DNA from: an uncultured Candidatus Rokubacteria bacterium
GTDB taxonomy: Bacteria > Methylomirabilota > Methylomirabilia > Rokubacteriales > CSP1-6
Assembly (NCBI GenBank): GCA_963754315.1
Contig: CAVWFS010000014.1
Span: forward strand, 32,001 to 96,000
Reading direction: 5' to 3'
DNA length: 64,000 nucleotides
The translations under genes and the position numbers were made by a program. The notes beneath the pieces were generated by a model, which worked only from the letters and a program-made list of their open reading frames with translations, made no database searches and was not told the origin of the DNA. Positions 18,559-27,926 of the stretch are shown in pieces (position 1 is the stretch's first letter; each line of letters starts with the position of its first letter).

Positions 18559-20333
18559 CCCTCGGCATCCACTGCCTCCACGATGCCTCCGCAGCCATCT
18601 GTTCGTCCTCGGGGTGCGTGTTCGCCCTGGCTGAAGAACGCGTGACCCGGATCAAGCATCACTACGGCTTCCCCATGGAGGCCATACGGACAGCATTTCG
18701 CGAGTTGGCCATCAGCGGCGATGACATCGATATCGTCGCCCTCTCCACGCATCAGCCGCTGTTCCCTTTCCTGCAAAACTACGTGACCGTCGAGTTGGAC
18801 GGCAAGCCCTCCAGGCGTCCCCGCTCCAGACTTTGGCGGTGGCGCCCCCGAGCCACGCGGTCGATACAGCCGCCACGAGCCGCTGCGTCCTTGGCGGGGA
18901 CGCTCTGGGAGGGTTTCGAGCCTCGACATTGGTCGTACTTTCATGAAGCCTTGAACGAGCTCGGCCTTTTCAGCCCCCGCATACGCTATGTCTATGTCGC
19001 CCACCATCGGGCCCATGCCGCCAGTACCTTCCGCCTGGCCGGGATGCGCGGGGAGAAGCTATGCGTGGTCACCATGGACGGCAAGGGTGACGGATATAGC
19101 GGCAGTGTCTTTCTGGGGCACGAGGACGGCCGGTTGGAGTTGATCCGCGCCACACCCGCCCAGCACAGCCTCGGCTCGTTCTACCAGGCGATTACCGAGG
19201 TCCTTGGGTTCGTTCCGGTGGAGGGCGAATACAAGACGATGGGCTTGGCCGCCCTGGGCCAGCCTGGCTTGCCCAATCCCTTCGAAGGACTGGTCGAGGC
19301 CGAGGACGGCATGACCCGCAGCCGAGTCCCCTGGACGTTCCGCTCCTACAACGCTGTGTACCCAACCAAACAGGTTCCGAACCCCCTGGGTTCGGTCGCC
19401 GAAACCGAGCTCTTCCGGGAGTACCTCGACCGCTACCAGCCCGCTCAACTGGCGTACTTTGCCCAGGAGCACGTCGAGCGGACCATGGTGGCCCTGATCG
19501 GCGACGCGCTGCGGCTGACCGGGGCCCGCTCTCTCGCCGTGGCGGGCGGCGTCATGTTAAATGTCAAAGCCAACGGCCGCATACGAGATGCGCTCGCGCC
19601 GTCCCCCTATTTCGTCTTTCCTGACTCTGCCGACTCCGGGCTCTCCATCGGGGCCGCCATGGAAGGTTTGTACGTCTGCGGGGCCGTCACCACCGCCTCC
19701 CTGCCCTCGCCCTACCTGGGGCATCGCTTCACCGACGACCAGATCGCGGCCGCCCTGGCCCGGATTTCGGATGTGATCGTCGACGAGGCGGGGAGCCGGC
19801 TCCCCACCCGTGTGGCAAAGGAACTGATGCAGGGAAGAGTCATCGGAACCTTTCAAGGTCGACTGGAAGTGGGGCCGCGAGCGCTCGGCAACCGTTCGGT
19901 GCTGGCTGATCCGCGCGATCCTGCCATCCGCGAGCGCATCAACAGCATCCTGAAGGGGCGCGAGTGGTTCGTGCCCTTCGCTCCCGTCGTCCTCGAAGAC
20001 GAAGCGAAGGCGTATTGGGATGGTCCCATCGATTATCGGCACATGACCTTCACGGTGGCGGCCTCCCCGTTCGCCAAGGAACGCGTGCCGGGCGTCGTGC
20101 ATGTCGACGGCACCATGCGACCACAGGTCGTGAATGGCGACACCAACCCCTGGCTGCACGCCGTCCTGCAGGCGTTCCGGGACTTGACCGGGGTCGGGGT
20201 CCTCATCAACACCTCGTTCAACCGTCATGGCTTGCCGATCGTGGGCGCTCCCGCCGACGCCATCGAGCATCTATGCCAGGGCTGGGTGGATGGCCTCGCC
20301 ATTGGCCGCTACTACGTCACCCGGGCGACCTAG
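18552..20333 (+). CDS. O-carbamoyltransferase (NodU/CmcH/TobZ family)
   Basis: HDASA, EERVTRIKH, HHRAHAAS, DGKGD, EYKTMGLA, GGVMLNVKAN, GPRALGNRS, HVDGT.RPQ, NTSFN. Confidence 0.92.
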   Translation: MLALGIHCLHDASAAICSSSGCVFALAEERVTRIKHHYGFPMEAIRTAFRELAISGDDIDIVALSTHQPLFPFLQNYVTVELDGKPSRRPRSRLWRWRPRATRSIQPPRAAASLAGTLWEGFEPRHWSYFHEALNELGLFSPRIRYVYVAHHRAHAASTFRLAGMRGEKLCVVTMDGKGDGYSGSVFLGHEDGRLELIRATPAQHSLGSFYQAITEVLGFVPVEGEYKTMGLAALGQPGLPNPFEGLVEAEDGMTRSRVPWTFRSYNAVYPTKQVPNPLGSVAETELFREYLDRYQPAQLAYFAQEHVERTMVALIGDALRLTGARSLAVAGGVMLNVKANGRIRDALAPSPYFVFPDSADSGLSIGAAMEGLYVCGAVTTASLPSPYLGHRFTDDQIAAALARISDVIVDEAGSRLPTRVAKELMQGRVIGTFQGRLEVGPRALGNRSVLADPRDPAIRERINSILKGREWFVPFAPVVLEDEAKAYWDGPIDYRHMTFTVAASPFAKERVPGVVHVDGTMRPQVVNGDTNPWLHAVLQAFRDLTGVGVLINTSFNRHGLPIVGAPADAIEHLCQGWVDGLAIGRYYVTRAT

Positions 20334-20340
20334 TCCCCAG

Positions 20341-22221
20341 ATGGGCTACATCCTCCACGTGGTCCCCGACAGCATCAACAACACGCGGACGATCTTCATC
20401 GGCAGCACCAAGGACGTCTGGGGGCGTGCCGAGTATTTTGCCGCCCGGGGCCACCACGTCCGACAGTTTGTGAGCGCGGGCCGCTCCGATGATGAGGCGG
20501 TCGCCATGCTCCGTGAGGCCGACCTCCGCGACTGCCGCGCGGTGTTGTTCGAATACGAGGTGTATGTTCGAAGCCTCGACTTCCTCAAGCGGAACCATCC
20601 CGAGATCCGGCGCCTGGTGCGCGCCCACAACGCCAATCTGCCGCATCTGGTCGATCAGTTCCGGGGGCGGCTGCGAATGCTTCAAGAACGCCGGGGCGCG
20701 GACTTCACGGAGGCCACCAAGGCCATCCACCGTGCCCTCATGCGTTTCCGACTTGACAGCCAATGTGCGGGGCTGGCTGACACTATTCTCCCGATTTGCC
20801 GCTGGGAGACCGACCACTACTGGGGGCAACTCACGGCGGCAGAGAACGTGGTCACTGTCCCCTACTTCGTGCCCCAGCCCGTTGTCGCCCAGATCCCCGC
20901 CCGACCCCGGCGAAACTTGTTTCTGTTCGCAATGGGAACGGGGGCGGCCATGTCGCCGCTCCTGTATGACGCCGGCCGCAACGCCGCCCGCCTCGTCAAC
21001 GCCCTCAGCGCGGAGGTGGCCGCCCAGTGGGACTTTCGGATCACGGGTAATCTGAAGCCACCCGACGTTCTGGCCCCGCTCGGCCGCTTGAAACCGACCG
21101 GGCTGCTGCCTTCACCGCTGCCCCTCTTGGCCGAGGCACGGGTGGTCGCCATCCCTTCCGATCTCGGCATGGGGTTCAAGACCAAGATCCTGGAGGCCAT
21201 CCTGGCCGGCTGTTGGGTGCTGGTGACCGAGGATGTCCACGGTCGCCTGCCGGACGCTCTCCGCCCATGGTGCCGGGTGGTGGACCCTCTGTCGCCCGCG
21301 CGGTTCGCGGAGATCTTGCAACAGTGCGCGGCCCCACCCCCCGTCGGCGATCCCAACGGCCTTTTGCGCGACGAGGCGTTTCGCGCACTCGATCGCGTCT
21401 TCTCCGTCGACCGCGCCAACGGGTCGCCCCCGAGCCGCGTGGAGATCGCGTCGGTCCTCTCTCCCACCTTGACGCCGGTGATGGAGACGGTCGGGGCCGG
21501 TGGACTCCGCTCCAGCAACGCGGAGCAGAGAGCCGTGTCCTTCGGTACCGGCCGCATCATCTATCACACGTATCTCAAGCCCGTGTTGGTGAGCACAGGG
21601 CTCATCGATTCCTCGCCGGCGATCTTCGAATACGGGGTGGGCGGTGGCCACATCCTCAGGGCCGTGAGCGAGGAGGGGCTGACCTGTGGAGGGGTCGACG
21701 GCTCACCCGCCTTGCTCGACGCTTGCCGGAGGGGCGTTCCGCGCGCGATCCGTCTCGGCTTGGTGGACGAATCGGGCACCTGCGACTTCCCGAGCGCTTG
21801 GGCAGACTTCGCCTATTCGTTCGCGGCGATTCGGCACATCATCAAGACGTCGCGGATCAGTCGGGCCATCGCGGAGATAGCCAGAATCCTGAAACCGGGA
21901 GGATACGTGCAGCTTCAGGTTCGTTCGGCACCCGGTCAGCGACCGCGGGCGCCCGTCCTGGCGCCGCCCCTGCTCCTCAACTTGGAGGATCGCACGTTGG
22001 TCCTGCACCTGCGCCCGCTGCGGCCGGGTCACCCTATTCTGAGGCGCCTTCGTCTCCCCCGGCTTGGCGTTCACGTGCATAGCGGGTGGAAGGGAGTGCC
22101 CCTCTCCATCCGATACCTTCACCGCGTCTTACGCAGACACGGTATCGAACCCCTCAGCCTTGAACCCGAGCGCAGCCAGCTGGACGATGTCTTCTGGGTG
22201 ACCGGGCGGAAGGGCCGCTGA
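20341..22221 (+). CDS. GT-B (GT4-like) glycosyltransferase fused to class I SAM methyltransferase
   Basis: PSDLGMGFKTKILEA (GT4-type); C-terminal IFEYGVGGG, GVDGS, EIARILKPGG. Confidence 0.65.
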   Translation: MGYILHVVPDSINNTRTIFIGSTKDVWGRAEYFAARGHHVRQFVSAGRSDDEAVAMLREADLRDCRAVLFEYEVYVRSLDFLKRNHPEIRRLVRAHNANLPHLVDQFRGRLRMLQERRGADFTEATKAIHRALMRFRLDSQCAGLADTILPICRWETDHYWGQLTAAENVVTVPYFVPQPVVAQIPARPRRNLFLFAMGTGAAMSPLLYDAGRNAARLVNALSAEVAAQWDFRITGNLKPPDVLAPLGRLKPTGLLPSPLPLLAEARVVAIPSDLGMGFKTKILEAILAGCWVLVTEDVHGRLPDALRPWCRVVDPLSPARFAEILQQCAAPPPVGDPNGLLRDEAFRALDRVFSVDRANGSPPSRVEIASVLSPTLTPVMETVGAGGLRSSNAEQRAVSFGTGRIIYHTYLKPVLVSTGLIDSSPAIFEYGVGGGHILRAVSEEGLTCGGVDGSPALLDACRRGVPRAIRLGLVDESGTCDFPSAWADFAYSFAAIRHIIKTSRISRAIAEIARILKPGGYVQLQVRSAPGQRPRAPVLAPPLLLNLEDRTLVLHLRPLRPGHPILRRLRLPRLGVHVHSGWKGVPLSIRYLHRVLRRHGIEPLSLEPERSQLDDVFWVTGRKGR

Positions 22222-22238
22222 AGGGTCCCGAGCCCGAC

Positions 22239-24461
22239 ATGCCCAGAGATATTGACGTGCTGTGGCTCGTCGAGCACACCGCACGCGAGATGGACGTGGC
22301 ATGCGTGACGAGTATCCTGGGCCGCACTCGCTACAATCTCACCATCGAGATCCGCAACATCTATCAGCATATCGGTGACTACCTGCGCGCGTATCGGCCG
22401 CGGGTGGTCGTCCATCCATTCGTCTATGTTGTGAAGGGCGCGCTGGCCACCGAGGACATCTACGCGCGCTGGCCCGGGGCCATCCATTTCAACCTGGCCT
22501 GGGAACAGATCCACTACCGTGCCCACTTGAGGATCAAGGCACCAGCCGACGAGGGGGCGCGGCTCGGAACGATTCATCACGGCTGGGGGGAATTCTACCG
22601 CGCCTACCTGAGGCAGCACGGCGTTCCCGACGAGCACATCTTCATCAATGGCCACCCGTCCTATCGTCTCTACGCCGACCCCTATCGCCGCTTTTTCGCC
22701 GACCGCGGCGCCCTCGCCAAGACGTTTGGTCTCGATCCGGCCAAACGGTGGGTATTCGTACCGGACAACTACCGCTGGGCTTTCGCCCAGCGAAAGCTCA
22801 AGTTCTTCCTGGCGCAGGGTGGAGACGCCCGGGAGATGCAATCGCTGATCGACTTCTCGGTGCCTTCGCTGGAGCACCTCTTGCGAGCATGCCGCGCGGC
22901 CGCCACCGACGAAGGCCTGGAGATCATCCTCAGGCCCCGCCCGTCAGTCAGCACAGGGGAGTTCCTCGGATTCTTTCAGCAACGCGTGGGCGGGGACACC
23001 GGGCGCATCCGCTTCCTCAAGGAGGGCTCGGTGCGCGAGTGGATCATGGCCAGCGACGTCGTGATTTCCTCCTACAGCACCAGTCTGATCGAGGCGGCGG
23101 TGGCGGGGAAGCCAGCCTGGATGTTCGAGCCGATTCCGATTCCGGCGGGGCTGTACTGCGAATGGTATGACCATGTCGGGCGGATCCGCGACACGGAGGG
23201 GCTTCTGAGTGTATGCCGTGGGCCCGCGCAGACGAGAGCGGATGATCCGCTACGCGAATGGGCTCACGCCAACCTGCTGGCCTGCGGAGATCCGTTGCAG
23301 CGGTTGGCCCTCCAGCTTGCTCTTCTCGTGGATCGGGCACGGGCCAGCTCGTCCCCGGAAGGGCGGCTCCCGCGGCACCTCGGCACCAAGAAATACTTCA
23401 ACGAGGACACCCACGAGAAGGACGCCTTCTCCCCCTCAGACGTGGACACCCTCACCACCGAGTGGGCGTCGCTGCTGGCGGCCACCCCGCCTCGGGACGA
23501 GGCCATAGCCGACTGGTCCCTCGGGAACACCACCAACAAGACGATGGACCGCGATGACCTCCTCACCCCGGCGGCAGCGCCCCTGGTGGAGGGCCTGAAC
23601 ACTCTGGTCCATGCTCTCTACGCGAGAGGAGCCGCCCCCTCGTCCTGGGTCGGCAGCCTTCCCCGAGCCCCCATCGTACGGACAGGGGGAACGGGCGGGG
23701 CGCGTTTCGGCCTGGGGTGGCGGCAGCGCCGCCGAGACGAGTACGCCGAGGATCCTGACGAGCGGCCGGCGTTGACTCTCGCGATGCGGCAGCGGCTCGC
23801 GTATCAGCCCCTGCCCGGGGCCGCGGACGACCGACGCTTCCCGTGGTTCCTCTACTGGGAGGTCGTCTGGATCCTACGTCATGTGCAACCGCTCCTCGAG
23901 CCAGGGATGCGATTGCTCGTCGCCGGTGGCACCTCCTCGCTGTTCGCGTGCTATCTGGCGTCCAGGGAGTACGAAGTGCATTCAGTCGACCTTGACGATC
24001 GCCTCGCCACCAACGGACAGCACGTGGCGAGGACCATGGGTTGGACCACGATGTTCGCGCACCCTGTGGACCTGGGGGCTCTTCGCTTCCCCGACGCGCA
24101 CTTCGATCACGCCGTCTCAATCCGCGGCCTCTGGCCTGCTGACGTCGACCGCACGCAGGGGGCGCTGCGGGAGATCGCACGGTGCCTCAGGCCAGGCGGC
24201 CTGCTCGCGCTCACCTTCGAGTACCGGAGCCCGGTCCCGGCCGCCATCAGTGCGGGAACGTCCCTGCCCTCGCACCATACGCTGGCGTCGGAAGCCGACA
24301 TCCATCGCCGCTTCTTGAAGAGTGGAGAATTCCGCCTCGCCGGGACCCCACTCTTCCACGACACCTGGCGGTCCTACCTCCGGCACCCAGCGGACGCGCG
24401 GAAGTCGTACACGTTGGGAGCGATCATCCTCCAGCGCCTAGGGACGGGGCCACGGTCGTGA
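22239..24461 (+). CDS. Surface carbohydrate biosynthesis protein fused to methyltransferase-like domain
   Basis: N-term VEHTAREMD, NGHP, ILRPRPS, STSLIEAAVAGKP; C-term LRFPDAHFD...EIARCLRPGG. Confidence 0.6.
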   Translation: MPRDIDVLWLVEHTAREMDVACVTSILGRTRYNLTIEIRNIYQHIGDYLRAYRPRVVVHPFVYVVKGALATEDIYARWPGAIHFNLAWEQIHYRAHLRIKAPADEGARLGTIHHGWGEFYRAYLRQHGVPDEHIFINGHPSYRLYADPYRRFFADRGALAKTFGLDPAKRWVFVPDNYRWAFAQRKLKFFLAQGGDAREMQSLIDFSVPSLEHLLRACRAAATDEGLEIILRPRPSVSTGEFLGFFQQRVGGDTGRIRFLKEGSVREWIMASDVVISSYSTSLIEAAVAGKPAWMFEPIPIPAGLYCEWYDHVGRIRDTEGLLSVCRGPAQTRADDPLREWAHANLLACGDPLQRLALQLALLVDRARASSSPEGRLPRHLGTKKYFNEDTHEKDAFSPSDVDTLTTEWASLLAATPPRDEAIADWSLGNTTNKTMDRDDLLTPAAAPLVEGLNTLVHALYARGAAPSSWVGSLPRAPIVRTGGTGGARFGLGWRQRRRDEYAEDPDERPALTLAMRQRLAYQPLPGAADDRRFPWFLYWEVVWILRHVQPLLEPGMRLLVAGGTSSLFACYLASREYEVHSVDLDDRLATNGQHVARTMGWTTMFAHPVDLGALRFPDAHFDHAVSIRGLWPADVDRTQGALREIARCLRPGGLLALTFEYRSPVPAAISAGTSLPSHHTLASEADIHRRFLKSGEFRLAGTPLFHDTWRSYLRHPADARKSYTLGAIILQRLGTGPRS

Positions 24462-25417
24462 TGGTTGCTCATTTATCCGTGATCGTGTGTACGTACAACC
24501 GCTGCGACCTCCTCGCCGGCTGCCTCCAGAGCCTTGGAGATCAGCGACTGTCCCCCGCTCGCTTCGAGGTGGTGGTCGTGGACAACAACTCCACCGACGA
24601 CACCGCGGCGGTCGTGGAACACCACCAGGCGAGGCTCGCCAATCTCCGCTACGTGTTCGAACCGGTCCAGGGCCTCTCGCACGCGCGAAATCGTGGGGCG
24701 GCGGCCGCGGTGGGCACGTACCTTGTCTATGTCGACGACGATACACGGCTGCCCTCCACGTACCTTTCGTGCGTTCTCGATACTCTCGAGCGTACCCAGC
24801 CGGACCTTCTCGGCGGTCCCGTCTACCCCTTCTACACCGAGGCCAAGCCCCGGTGGTTCAAAGACCGCTACGAGATCCGCAAGTACGCCGAGGCATCGGG
24901 CTTCTCCACCACCTGTAACGTTTCCGGAATGAACTTCGTGATCCGCAAAGATCTACTGGCGCACCTGGGTGGTTTCGATCCGTCCCTCGGCATGCGGGGC
25001 ACCGAGCAGGGTTTCGGCGAGGAACGGAAGGTCCTCGAAACATACCGAGAGGTGACCCCCGTCGTCGCGCAAAGAGTCTACTACGACCTCGACTGCATGC
25101 TGTTCCACCACGTTCCCCTTCACAAAATGCGCATCCGCTACATCCTGGGACGTGGCTTCCGGATAGGGCGAATGCTCGTGGTGGTGACGGGTCGCGGGGC
25201 AACCCCGAGAAGCTTCGGATCCCTTCTCGTCCACTATCCTCGCTCGTTCGTGAACGTGTTGCGGGGGAGTGCCGCCGACGGCTGGCGCCACCTCGACTGG
25301 GTCCAGATCGCGCGCAGTCTGGCCATTCAGACGGGGAAGCTCGTGGAGAGCACACGCCAGATGGGCGGCGCCGCCGGGCGGCGCCTCCGTCGCATCGTCC
25401 TCGCCGTGGGTCGCTGA
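24461..25417 (+). CDS. GT2 family glycosyltransferase
   Basis: SVIVCTYNR, VVDNNSTD, GLSHARNRG, VDDD, GGFD, GEE. Confidence 0.9.
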   Translation: MVAHLSVIVCTYNRCDLLAGCLQSLGDQRLSPARFEVVVVDNNSTDDTAAVVEHHQARLANLRYVFEPVQGLSHARNRGAAAAVGTYLVYVDDDTRLPSTYLSCVLDTLERTQPDLLGGPVYPFYTEAKPRWFKDRYEIRKYAEASGFSTTCNVSGMNFVIRKDLLAHLGGFDPSLGMRGTEQGFGEERKVLETYREVTPVVAQRVYYDLDCMLFHHVPLHKMRIRYILGRGFRIGRMLVVVTGRGATPRSFGSLLVHYPRSFVNVLRGSAADGWRHLDWVQIARSLAIQTGKLVESTRQMGGAAGRRLRRIVLAVGR

Positions 25418-25504
25418 CCGGAGGCCCTGCGGAGGCGGCGCGAGACGCCACCGCCAAACCCCGTAAGAGTTGACAGCCCGAGCCGGATACCGCATACAAG
25501 ACTC

Positions 25505-26377
25505 ATGCGCACTCCCGACGCCGACCACGGGGCGCTCATGAGCACGGAAACGTTGCCGGGTGAAGAAATCGTCCTTCGCCCGCCGGGCGCCTTCGCGCAC
25601 CTGGACCTGGGTGAGCTGTGGCGCTACCGCGGCACCCTGTGGCGAAAGGTCACGCAGAAGATCCGCATCCAGTACGACGACATGTGGCTTGGGCTCTTCT
25701 GGGCCGTCGCCCGCCCGCTCATCATGGTGGTCGTCTTCTGGGCGTTCCGCGATCTCTCCCAGGCGCAAACCGGTGTCCATATTCCCTATGCGCTGTACGT
25801 CTACAGCGGGCTGGTGGCCTGGTTCTACTTCACCGAAGTCTCGACGTCGGTGGCCATGAGCCTCTTCCGAGACGCGGGCTTGATTCAGAAGGTCTACTTC
25901 CCCCGCCTGATCAGCCCCCTCTCGCAGCTACTCGGCGAGACCTACACCTTGGCCCTGGCCTCCATCCCCCTGATCATCATGATGGTCAGCTTCGGGGAGT
26001 ACCCCGGCTGGAACCTCCTCCTCCTGCCCGCCGTCCTCGTGCAACTCATGCTGCTCGCCCTCGGGGTGGGCACGGTCTTCTCGTCGCTCATTCTGGTCAG
26101 CCGCGACTGGGAACGCGTGCTCCAGGTCTCGCTCTCGTTTGGGCTCTGGGTGTCTCCGGTGATCTACTCGTTGGCCATGATTCCGAAGCGGTACGCCGCG
26201 ATCTACCTGGCGAATCCTCTCAGCGGCAGCCTCCTCGCCTTGCGGGCGACCCTGTTTGACAGCCTGGAGTTTCCGTGGGGCGCGTGGGCGTACGCGTTCG
26301 TCTTTTCCGTGGCGCTGGCGGGAATCGGGCTCGTGCTGTTCCAGCGCTCCGAGCGGAACCTCGCCGACCGACTATGA
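25505..26377 (+). CDS. wzm: Polysaccharide ABC exporter permease (Wzm/RfbA/TagG)
   Basis: ELWRYR, LGLFWAVARP, LIQKVYFPR, SPVIY, NPL; multiple TM segments; alternative start 25538. Confidence 0.88.
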   Translation: MRTPDADHGALMSTETLPGEEIVLRPPGAFAHLDLGELWRYRGTLWRKVTQKIRIQYDDMWLGLFWAVARPLIMVVVFWAFRDLSQAQTGVHIPYALYVYSGLVAWFYFTEVSTSVAMSLFRDAGLIQKVYFPRLISPLSQLLGETYTLALASIPLIIMMVSFGEYPGWNLLLLPAVLVQLMLLALGVGTVFSSLILVSRDWERVLQVSLSFGLWVSPVIYSLAMIPKRYAAIYLANPLSGSLLALRATLFDSLEFPWGAWAYAFVFSVALAGIGLVLFQRSERNLADRL

Positions 26378-27837
26378 CTGACGCGATCAGCCTCAGTACC
26401 GCCGCGGGGCAAACCCTGAGCACGGATGGTCCGTCTCTGGACAGGCGCTCCCCCGCTGACTACGAGCTCGCCATCCGGGTGCGAGATCTGTCGAAGCGCT
26501 ATCGCCTTGAGCAGGCGCGCACGCGGGCACCGCACACGGGACTCCTTCAACCTTTCCTTACGCTGCTGCGGCGACGGCGGGCGTCCGCGAGCGGCAAGGA
26601 CTTCTGGGCTCTTGACGGTGTCACCTTCGACGTCGCCCGCGGCGAGCGGGTAGGACTGATCGGCCGCAACGGCGCCGGCAAGACGACCTTGCTCAAGATC
26701 CTCTCTCGCATCGTGGCGCCGACGCGCGGGGAGGCGCGCCTGCGTGGTCGTCTCACGTCGCTGCTGGAGGTCGGCACGGGCTTCAATGACGCGCTCACCG
26801 GGCGCGAGAACGTGTTCGTGAACGCCAGCATGCATGGGCTGGGGACGGCGGAGACGGCCGCGCGCTTCGAGGAGATCGTCGAGTTCTCCGGCATTGACCG
26901 CCGGTTCATCGATATGCGGGTGAAGCACTACTCGAAGGGCATGCGCGTCCGTCTCGCCTTCAGCGTGGCCGCCCACCTCGACGCCGACATTCTCTTGCTC
27001 GACGAGGTCCTCGCCGTCGGCGATCTCGCCTTCCAGGAGAAATGTTTCGAGCGGGTCGAGGGCATGATGCAGACGAAGCGGACGGTCATGTTCGTGTCCC
27101 ACGACCGGAGCTCGTTGACCCGCTTCTGCGAGCGCGCGATCTGGCTGGAGCAGGGTCGGATTGTCCTCGATGGCCCCTCAAAGGATGTGATCGCGGCGTA
27201 CGCCGACGAGGTGCACCGAGCCGGCAGCGCGCGACATTGGGACCGAGCGATCCTCGATGCCCGCCCACCCGCGGCCGTCCGCGGCCGGACGGCTCAGGTC
27301 GAGCCTTCCGCGCCGGCAACCGCGCCGGAGGCGGAAGGGGCGCTCCTCGGAGTCGGTGCCATCCTCAGGGAGACACCGTGGGCCGAGTTCGTGAGGGTCG
27401 GCGTGATTGACGGCCACGGGCGCGCGCTCAAGGTGGCGACGGTGGACCAGAAGGTCGGGATCGAGTTCGTCTACGACGTCCTGCGTCCCGGCAAGGTCAT
27501 TTTGCCTTTGGCGAGCCTCTACACGGCAGACGAGATCCCCATGTTCACCGCGGTCTACACGGAGCCCGAGAACATGCGGCGTCCCAAAGAGCAGGGCCGC
27601 TACCGGTCGGTCGCCTGGATTCCGCCGCACTTGCTGAATGTGGGTTTGGTACGGGTCACCGTCAGCCTGACCACCCCCGTCAGCGGCAAGCTCGAGCGCC
27701 ACGCCCACCTTCCGGCCGTCGTGTCGTTCGAGGTCTGCGAGGCGCCCCTCGGCGTGCCCTCGGCCCGTGGCTCGTACCGGGAGGTCCAAGGAATCGTGCG
27801 ACCTCTGCTCGATTGGGAGACCGCTCGCCTCCCCTAG
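26374..27837 (+). CDS. wzt: Polysaccharide ABC exporter ATPase with C-terminal Wzt_C-like domain
   Basis: FWALDGVTF, GRNGAGKTT, YSKGMRVRLAF, LLDEVLAVGD, VSH; long C-terminal extension. Confidence 0.9.
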   Translation: MTDAISLSTAAGQTLSTDGPSLDRRSPADYELAIRVRDLSKRYRLEQARTRAPHTGLLQPFLTLLRRRRASASGKDFWALDGVTFDVARGERVGLIGRNGAGKTTLLKILSRIVAPTRGEARLRGRLTSLLEVGTGFNDALTGRENVFVNASMHGLGTAETAARFEEIVEFSGIDRRFIDMRVKHYSKGMRVRLAFSVAAHLDADILLLDEVLAVGDLAFQEKCFERVEGMMQTKRTVMFVSHDRSSLTRFCERAIWLEQGRIVLDGPSKDVIAAYADEVHRAGSARHWDRAILDARPPAAVRGRTAQVEPSAPATAPEAEGALLGVGAILRETPWAEFVRVGVIDGHGRALKVATVDQKVGIEFVYDVLRPGKVILPLASLYTADEIPMFTAVYTEPENMRRPKEQGRYRSVAWIPPHLLNVGLVRVTVSLTTPVSGKLERHAHLPAVVSFEVCEAPLGVPSARGSYREVQGIVRPLLDWETARLP

Positions 27838-27926
27838 CATTCGCATTCACGCGACGCGGGTTCGCGTTCACCTCAACGGGGCTCGATGCGATGTGTGCCC
27901 GACAGGCACCCTCCGACCGATGCTCG

